From a virus (Duplodnaviria; Heunggongvirae; Uroviricota; Caudoviricetes), in IMG/VR virus record IMGVR_UViG_2534681773_000020: a stretch of 20,815 nt of DNA. One strand, written 5' to 3'. Below, piece after piece: positions 15,277 to 20,815 of the stretch (positions are counted from its first letter, which is position 1; the number at the start of each line of letters is the position of its first letter). The notes beneath the pieces were generated by a model, which was given only the letters and a program-made list of their open reading frames with translations, had not been told where the DNA came from and made no database searches. Made by a program: the position numbers and the translations under genes.

Positions 15277-15474
15277 ATGCTAAAACAGCAGGATATGACC
15301 GAAACCGCCAGAGTGGTGTTTAATGAATTAAGCGTCACCGAACCGGCGACCGTCGGGGAAATTGCGCAGAATACTTACCTTTCACGCGAACGCTGCCAGT
15401 TAATACTGACTCAGCTTGTTATGGCGGGTCTGGCAGATTATCAGTTCGGTTGTTACAGACGCCTTCCGCAGTGA
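15277..15474 (+). CDS. Hypothetical small protein (65 aa), possible winged-helix
   Basis: ATG at 15277 with AAGGGAAAAAGG upstream; ORF track start at 15154 lies inside the terminator T-tract and is less likely. Confidence 0.45.
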   Translation: MLKQQDMTETARVVFNELSVTEPATVGEIAQNTYLSRERCQLILTQLVMAGLADYQFGCYRRLPQ

Positions 15475-15624
15475 AGGCTTTTTAATTTGTGGTAATGGGC
15501 GGCTGGTGGGTGTTAGCGGCACCTGCCAGCCATCTGCTCATGCGTTGGGGTCACAAGCAAACCTCAGGCCCATCTGCTTTGCGCAAAAGCGGCATGAGCC
15601 TATCAGAGAAGTGCTTATTGATCT

Positions 15625-16674
15625 ATGATTAATACTGTAAAAATATCCAGTTGTGAGTTAATCAACGCTGATTGCCTGGAATTTATCCAGACCTTACCGG
15701 AAAACTCTGTCGATCTGATAGTCACAGACCCGCCATACTTTAAAGTGAAGCCCGAGGGCTGGGATAACCAGTGGGAGGGCGACGATGATTACCTGAAATG
15801 GCTGGACCAGTGTCTGGCGCAGTTCTGGCGGGTACTGAAGCCTGCCGGAAGTCTTTACCTGTTCTGTGGTCATCGCCTGGCATCTGACACCGAAATCATG
15901 ATGCGTGAGCGCTTTAATGTGCTGAACCACATTATCTGGGCGAAGCCGTCCGGACGCTGGAACGGGTGCAATAAGGAAAGTCTGCGGGCGTATTTTCCGG
16001 CAACAGAGCGCATTCTGTTTGCAGAACATTATCAGGGACCGTATCGCCCGAAAGATGATGGCTATGTGGCACAGGGGCGCGAGCTAAAACAGCACGTCAT
16101 GGCCCCGCTGATTTCTTACTTTCGTGATGCGCGTAAATCACTGGGAATAACGTCAAAACAGATAGCGGAAGCCACCGGAAAGAAAAACATGGCTTCGCAC
16201 TGGTTTGGTACCAGTCAGTGGCAGTTACCGAACGAGGGTAATTACAACAAATTGCAGGCGTTGTTTGCGCGTGTTGCGGCAGAAAAACATCAGCGCGGGG
16301 AACTGGAAAAGCCACACCACCAGCTGGTCAGCACATACAGTGAGCTGAACCGGCAGTATACGGAACTGCTGAGTGAATATAAAAATTTGCGGCGGTATTT
16401 CGGTGTGACGGCGCAGGTTCCGTACACCGATGTCTGGACGCATAAACCGGTGCAGTACTATCCAGGGAAACATCCGTGCGAAAAAACGGCAGAAATGCTG
16501 CAGCAGATAATCAACGCGAGCAGTCGTCCGGGAGACCTGGTTGCAGATTTTTTTATGGGTTCAGGTTCAACGGTAAAAGCGGCGATGGCACTGGGGCGTT
16601 GTGCGATTGGTGTTGAGCTGGAGACAGGACGTTTTGAACAGACAGTCAGGGAAGTTCAGGATTTAATCGTTTGA
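15625..16674 (+). CDS. Orphan DNA methyltransferase, beta-class N6-adenine/N4-cytosine (PF01555-like)
   Basis: 349 aa; motif IV VTDPPYF near N-terminus and AdoMet motif I FFMGSGST near C-terminus; no adjacent restriction endonuclease. Confidence 0.9.
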   Translation: MINTVKISSCELINADCLEFIQTLPENSVDLIVTDPPYFKVKPEGWDNQWEGDDDYLKWLDQCLAQFWRVLKPAGSLYLFCGHRLASDTEIMMRERFNVLNHIIWAKPSGRWNGCNKESLRAYFPATERILFAEHYQGPYRPKDDGYVAQGRELKQHVMAPLISYFRDARKSLGITSKQIAEATGKKNMASHWFGTSQWQLPNEGNYNKLQALFARVAAEKHQRGELEKPHHQLVSTYSELNRQYTELLSEYKNLRRYFGVTAQVPYTDVWTHKPVQYYPGKHPCEKTAEMLQQIINASSRPGDLVADFFMGSGSTVKAAMALGRCAIGVELETGRFEQTVREVQDLIV

Positions 16675-16723
16675 AACGGATGAGATTGCAGAATTAATTA
16701 CGCACCATTATTATTCTGCTCCC

Positions 16724-16799
16724 GGCCCTTTAGCTCAGTGGTGAGAGCGAGCGACTCATAATCGCCAGGTCGCTGGTTCAAATCCAGCAAGGGCCACCA
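16724..16799 (+). tRNA. ileZ: tRNA with anticodon CAT (Ile2 lysidine-type or Met; resembles ileX/ileZ class), CCA encoded
   Basis: Cloverleaf folded by hand: acceptor GGCCCTT/AAGGGCC, D-stem GCTC/GAGC, anticodon loop CTCATAA, T-arm GCTGG-TTCAAAT-CCAGC. Confidence 0.85.
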
Positions 16800-16899
16800 T
16801 CACAAACCGCCATTAGCTTATCAGGAAGAGCAGACGACACCATAACAGGGTTGTTGGTGCGGGGGCGGGTCCCCGATGGCGGTCCATTATCGGTATTCT

Positions 16900-16976
16900 G
16901 CGTTGTTAGCTCAGCCGGACAGAGCAATTGCCTTCTAAGCAATCGGTCAGTGGTTCGACTCCACTACAACGCGCCA
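16900..16976 (+). tRNA. argO: tRNA-Arg (anticodon TCT), CCA encoded
   Basis: Acceptor GCGTTGT/ACAACGC, D-stem GCTC/GAGC, anticodon stem ATTGC/GCAAT with loop CTTCTAA, T-arm AGTGG-TTCGACT-CCACT. Confidence 0.85.
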
Positions 16977-16988
16977 CACTTATTTTCC

Positions 16989-17016
16989 AGGCTCGCTTCG
17001 GCGGGCCTTTTTTGTA
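16989..17016 (+). terminator. Intrinsic terminator after tRNA-Arg
   Basis: GGCTCGC-TTCG-GCGGGCC hairpin followed by TTTTTTG. Confidence 0.5.
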
Positions 17017-17145
17017 TCTGCGCCACGCCCGGCGCATATCAACCACAGAGCCTTTCGGGGGTGAGCTTACGGAGTGGTCAGTGTGACTTTCTCTGTGGGC
17101 AGATCGCTCCCGGGCGTTGGCTCACCCACCCAAAGGAACGTCACG

Positions 17146-17577
17146 ATGTTTGGAATCTTCAAAAAGAAAACCCGCAGAGCGGCAGCGGAAATTAAAAAGT
17201 TTGAGAAACGCGATCTGGCACAGGCGGTGATTAACGCTGCATACCTGGTGGCCTATGCAGATGGTGAATGCGAGGCATCCGAGAAAGCGAAGATCGAACA
17301 GGTCTTACGTAATCAGCCTGCGTTGTCTGCGTTTACCTCGGAAATTAATGCGATTAGCGCAACCATTATCGGTCAGCTGGATACCAATTTTAAAATTGGT
17401 CGTCGTGCCGCGTTACGCGAGATTGAGGATGTGAAACACGATACGCGTGAAGCGGAAGATGTGCTGGATGTGGCGGTGGCCATTGCGGAGGCAGACGGCG
17501 AAATTGAGCCGGAAGAGCGCAAGGTGCTGGAAGAGATTGCCGGTGTTCTGGGTCTTCGTCTGGAGAATCACCTGTGA
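17146..17577 (+). CDS. TerB-like (tellurite-resistance TerB fold) protein, 143 aa
   Basis: Paired acidic motifs YADGECEASEKAKIEQVL and EADGEIEPEERKVLEEIAGVLGL typical of TerB domains; ATG 17146 with AAGGA upstream. Confidence 0.65.
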   Translation: MFGIFKKKTRRAAAEIKKFEKRDLAQAVINAAYLVAYADGECEASEKAKIEQVLRNQPALSAFTSEINAISATIIGQLDTNFKIGRRAALREIEDVKHDTREAEDVLDVAVAIAEADGEIEPEERKVLEEIAGVLGLRLENHL

Positions 17578-17741
17578 CGGTAAAACTGCGCCTGGCTGTG
17601 GCTGCACTCCTGCTGTTTCTGGTGGTGATGGTGGATTTCACCAGCAGAATCATGTCGGTGCTGGCGGATGGGGTGCTGGTCTGCGGCATTGTGGTATTGC
17701 TGTGGCCGGTGATAAAAAGAAACAGCCTGCATAATGCTTGA
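17574..17741 (+). CDS. Small two-helix membrane ORF (55 aa) coupled to TerB-like gene
   Basis: GTG at 17574 overlaps TerB-like stop (GTGA); translation VTVKLRLAVAALLLFLVVMVDFTSRIMSVLADGVLVCGIVVLLWPVIKRNSLHNA is strongly hydrophobic. Confidence 0.4.
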   Translation: MTVKLRLAVAALLLFLVVMVDFTSRIMSVLADGVLVCGIVVLLWPVIKRNSLHNA

Positions 17742-17922
17742 TTTTTTTATTTGCTGTTTATTAAAAACACTTCTGCATGGTGAATCCCCCTGTGCGGAGG
17801 GGCGACTGGTGTAGGTAGCATTTATTATGTTATAGGCAAGCCGACGCGGGTTCAGTGACACCGGCTGAATTCACCGGGAGGCACCCGGCACCATGCAAGA
17901 AAAAGAATGTGTATGCAAACAT

Positions 17923-17948
17923 GCCCCTCTCCGGAGGGGCATTTTTTA
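17923..17948 (+). terminator. Intrinsic terminator
   Basis: GCCCCTC-TCCG-GAGGGGC stem-loop followed by ATTTTTTAT. Confidence 0.55.
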
Positions 17949-18162
17949 TGGGTAAAAAATGCCCGAATGGGTTCGGGCAATAGCATGAGATACTGATATT
18001 GTTGTGTTGTTATCGTGTGGATTTTAACCAGGGTTTATCAGGCTGCGCAACTGCGTGGCCTTTTTTCATTTCTTGGGCTGTAGTCCCCGTGTGTCATTCA
18101 GGCTTCCGGACTACAGCCCACTCCATATCTGATTTAATACACTATCCCGGCCGGGAGGAATA

Positions 18163-20013
18163 ATGACATTTAAACATTATGATGTTGTCAGGGCGGCGTC
18201 GCCGTCAGACCTTGCGGAAAAGCTGACACACAAACTGAAAGAGGGCTGGCAGCCGTTTGGTAGTCCGGTGGCCATAACCCCTTATACCCTGATGCAGGCG
18301 ATTACAGCAGAAGGTGATGTGGTGGTCAGTGGTGCAACTGAGCCGGATTGGTACTACGTCATCGTACTGGCCGGGCAATCCAATGCCATGGCTTACGGTG
18401 AAGGGCTTCCGCTGCCGGATTCATACGATGCTCCGGATCCGCGCATTAAACAGCTGGCGCGCCGCAGTACAGTTACGCCGGGTGGGGCTGCCTGCAGATA
18501 TAACGATATTATTCCGGCCGACCACTGCCTGCATGATGTGCAGGATATGAGTACGCTGAATCATCCGAAGGCAGACCTGAGCAAAGGGCAGTACGGCTGT
18601 GTCGGCCAGGGCTTACATATTGCCAAAAAACTGCTTCCGTATATCCCGAATAACGCGGGGATCCTGCTGGTACCATGCTGTCGTGGTGGTTCGGCATTCA
18701 CCCAGGGCGCGGAGGGGACATTCAGTGCGGACGCGGGGGCCAGCCAGGATTCGGCACGCTGGGGTGTGGGTAAACCGTTATATCAGGACCTGATTGCGCG
18801 CACCAAAGCTGCATTACAGAAGAACCCGAAAAATGTGTTGCTGGCGGTGTGCTGGATGCAGGGAGAGTTTGACATGAGCGCCGCCACCCACGCACAGCAA
18901 CCTGCGCTGTTTACAGCCATGCTGACACAGTTTCGTGTTGACCTCTCCGTGTTTAACGCGCAGTGCCATGGTGGCAGTGCTGCAGATGTGCCGTGGATTT
19001 GTGGTGACACGACGTATTACTGGAAAAATACATACGCTACCCAGTACGACACCGTGTACGGCGGGTATAAAAACAGGGAGAGTGAGGGCGTTTATTTTGT
19101 GCCCTTCATGACAGACGGTAACGGCGTCAATACCGCCACTAACGCGCCGGCAGAAGATCCGGATATTCCGGCATCAGGATATTACGGTGCGGCATCGAGA
19201 ACGAATGGAAACCAGGTATCATCAAACCGCCCGACACATTTCAGTTCATGGGCGCGCAGGAGCATTATTCCGGATCGTCTGGCAACCGCTATTCTGAACG
19301 CAGCCGGGCGCACCTCAGCCTTCATCAGTGGTAAGGCACCGGAAATCAAACCCTCGCCCGGCGGCAACACGCCATCGGGTCCGTCTGCAGATACGTCCGT
19401 TCGCACAATCTCCCTGCTGCCGACAGCCGGAGAGGCTGCTGCGCAGGGCTGGACCATTAAGGACGGCGGAATTCAGTTGTCGGGTGGTGTATTTAAGATC
19501 GCCAAGCAGAGCAATAAAACCTGGTCCCTGACGCATCCGGTGGATGACGCAATTACCCTGCTGACACAGGGCGGCAGACTGACCTGTAAGTTCCGCCTGT
19601 CAGGCGCGCTGACCAACAATCAGTTCGGGCTGGGGATTTATCTGTATACGGATGCTCCCGTTCCTGATGGTGTGGCGATGACGGGTACCGGTAATCCGTT
19701 CCTGATGTCGTACTTCACTCAGACCACTGACGGCAGAGTGAATCTGATGCATCACAGGAAAGCCGGAAACACGAAGCTGGGGGAGTTCGGCGATTACGGT
19801 AACGACTGGCAGACGCTGGAGCTGGTGTTCACCGCCGGCAGTGCCACGGTTACTCCGAAACTGAATGGAGTGGCTGGCCCGGCATTCCAGGTCATAAAAG
19901 ACAGTCTGACACTGGGGCTGAATGCGCTGACGCTGACGGATATTACCAAAAATGCAGCGTATGGCGTTGAGATAGAAAGTCTGGTGCTGGAGATAAATGC
20001 ACCGGCAGCATAA
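18163..20013 (+). CDS. nanS-p: Prophage sialate 9-O-acetylesterase (NanS-p type; N-terminal DUF1737-like region plus SGNH/SASA esterase domain)
   Basis: 616 aa; GGGAGGAA SD; N-terminus MTFKHYDVVRAASPSDLAEKL; SASA block VLAGQSNAMAYGEG; the position downstream of the late tRNAs is where Stx phages carry this gene. Confidence 0.8.
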   Translation: MTFKHYDVVRAASPSDLAEKLTHKLKEGWQPFGSPVAITPYTLMQAITAEGDVVVSGATEPDWYYVIVLAGQSNAMAYGEGLPLPDSYDAPDPRIKQLARRSTVTPGGAACRYNDIIPADHCLHDVQDMSTLNHPKADLSKGQYGCVGQGLHIAKKLLPYIPNNAGILLVPCCRGGSAFTQGAEGTFSADAGASQDSARWGVGKPLYQDLIARTKAALQKNPKNVLLAVCWMQGEFDMSAATHAQQPALFTAMLTQFRVDLSVFNAQCHGGSAADVPWICGDTTYYWKNTYATQYDTVYGGYKNRESEGVYFVPFMTDGNGVNTATNAPAEDPDIPASGYYGAASRTNGNQVSSNRPTHFSSWARRSIIPDRLATAILNAAGRTSAFISGKAPEIKPSPGGNTPSGPSADTSVRTISLLPTAGEAAAQGWTIKDGGIQLSGGVFKIAKQSNKTWSLTHPVDDAITLLTQGGRLTCKFRLSGALTNNQFGLGIYLYTDAPVPDGVAMTGTGNPFLMSYFTQTTDGRVNLMHHRKAGNTKLGEFGDYGNDWQTLELVFTAGSATVTPKLNGVAGPAFQVIKDSLTLGLNALTLTDITKNAAYGVEIESLVLEINAPAA

Positions 20014-20306
20014 TAAAAAAAGCCAGCGCCCACTCTGAAGGACGCTGGCTAAAACGGGTAGATGTACTTCACATGATACTTATACTTGGCAGTACATTTT
20101 CTGACAGACAGTGACGGATGTTGTCAAGATATTGTGTCATTTATAACCTGAATCAGGGGTTGGCCGGAATGTTATCTGGCATTTTTAGCAGAGCCTGAAT
20201 GCCATAATCACGGCTCCCGGCGTTGGCCGTCAGTGGGTGACACTGGCGGCTTTTTTGCTTTTCTTTACTTCCATTTTCTGTCGGCGGTGACGGAGACATA
20301 CATCAG

Positions 20307-20513
20307 ATGGAAAAAATCACAACAGGTGTGTCATACACCACGTCAGCGGTGGGGACGGGATACTGGTTACTGCAGCTGCTGGACAAAGTCTCTCCGTCCC
20401 AGTGGGTGGCAATAGGTGTGCTGGGGAGTCTGCTGTTTGGCCTGCTGACGTATCTTACTAACCTGTATTTCAAAATCAGAGAGGACCGTCGTAAGGCGGC
20501 GCGGGGAGAGTAA
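20307..20513 (+). CDS. Class II holin (phage 21 S-like, holin family 2)
   Basis: 68 aa; two hydrophobic segments and charged C-terminus [13 protein letters not shown]; first gene of the lysis cassette. Confidence 0.85.
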   Translation: MEKITTGVSYTTSAVGTGYWLLQLLDKVSPSQWVAIGVLGSLLFGLLTYLTNLYFKIREDRRKAARGE

Positions 20514-20584
20514 AGCGATGAAGAAAAAATACGAACTGGTTAGTTAAAGGGATAAATAATTACCCGGATAAGATTACTGTTACT

Positions 20585-20815
20585 GTGGCACTGGAAATTG
20601 GTGGGTATCCGTCACTGTTGTTGCCTGATGTGGCGATTAGTCTTGACCGTACTGAAGGAGCCACGCTGGAGTTTTACGAAGCTGAGGCGAAAAAGCAGGC
20701 GAAGCAGTTTTTCATGGATGTTGCTGCCGGGTTATGTGAAGGGGATGGTCCGTTGCCGGAAAAGCGGCCCATCATTTTAGAGGCGCAGGATGTGTTGATA
20801 ACCTACAGAGGAAAA
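20585..20815 (+). CDS. Partial CDS (5' region, continues past window end), hypothetical; position matches the small gene found between holin and endolysin in Qin-type lysis cassettes
   Basis: Open frame from 20522 to window end; GTG at 20585 is the first canonical start; possible +1 frame relation to the short ATG ORF at 20518. Confidence 0.3.
   Translation, partial: MALEIGGYPSLLLPDVAISLDRTEGATLEFYEAEAKKQAKQFFMDVAAGLCEGDGPLPEKRPIILEAQDVLITYRGK

Noticed and set aside
16800-16899. A third canonical tRNA gene between tRNA-Ile and tRNA-Arg
   Set aside because: Only an acceptor-like stem with CCA could be folded; no canonical T-loop or anticodon arm, so reported as a tRNA-like element rather than a tRNA.
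16980-18162. Shiga toxin genes stxA/stxB expected between the late tRNAs and nanS-p
   Set aside because: No ORFs of the right size or with A-subunit/B-subunit features; the interval is instead occupied by the TerB-like gene, a small membrane ORF and non-coding sequence.
20021-20050. Terminator for nanS-p (AGCCAGCG ... CGCTGGCT hairpin)
   Set aside because: Stem is convincing but the loop is 14 nt and the U-tract is on the opposite strand (A-run precedes it on plus); may act bidirectionally or be only a stability hairpin, so not listed as a feature.
20598-20780. 60-aa plus-strand ORF near the window end
   Set aside because: Different frame from the longer frame open from 20522 to the window end; Cys/Arg-rich translation looks like a shadow frame.
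1-20815. CRISPR arrays, insertion sequences or transposase genes
   Set aside because: No regularly spaced direct repeats and no transposase-like ORFs or terminal inverted repeats were seen on either strand.

Overview
This window is a lambdoid prophage of an Escherichia-type host, read from the integrase end through the early, immunity, replication and nin regions into the late operon. Left arm on the minus strand: tyrosine integrase, excisionase, an 823-aa protein with a C-terminal DEDDh 3'-5' exonuclease domain, then a dicB-type cell-division-inhibition operon (YdfD-like, DicB-like, a DicF sRNA homolog, a 128-aa unknown, YdfA-like). The immunity switch is a LexA-like CI repressor (HTH plus S24 peptidase) divergent from a YdaS-type Cro and a YdaT-like protein, with GGTAAC-N4-GTTACC operator palindromes on both sides of cI. 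Rightward follow a DUF1376-type replication initiator with internal iteron-like repeats, a lambda P-like helicase loader, and a nin-like region: winged-helix protein, DUF4406-like protein, zinc-ribbon protein, an AT-rich two-gene island, DUF551 protein, two tiny hydrophobic ORFs, a Hok/Gef type I toxin with structured leader, a Rem-like ORF, DUF968, RusA and antiterminator Q. After a short tR'-like terminator come an orphan beta-class DNA methyltransferase, tRNA-Ile(CAT) and tRNA-Arg(TCT), a TerB-like protein with a coupled small membrane ORF at the position where Stx phages carry stxAB, a NanS-p-type sialate O-acetylesterase, a class II holin and the start of the next lysis-cassette gene. No Shiga toxin genes, CRISPR array or IS element were seen. 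All family assignments are from reading the translations and recalled motifs, not from database searches.
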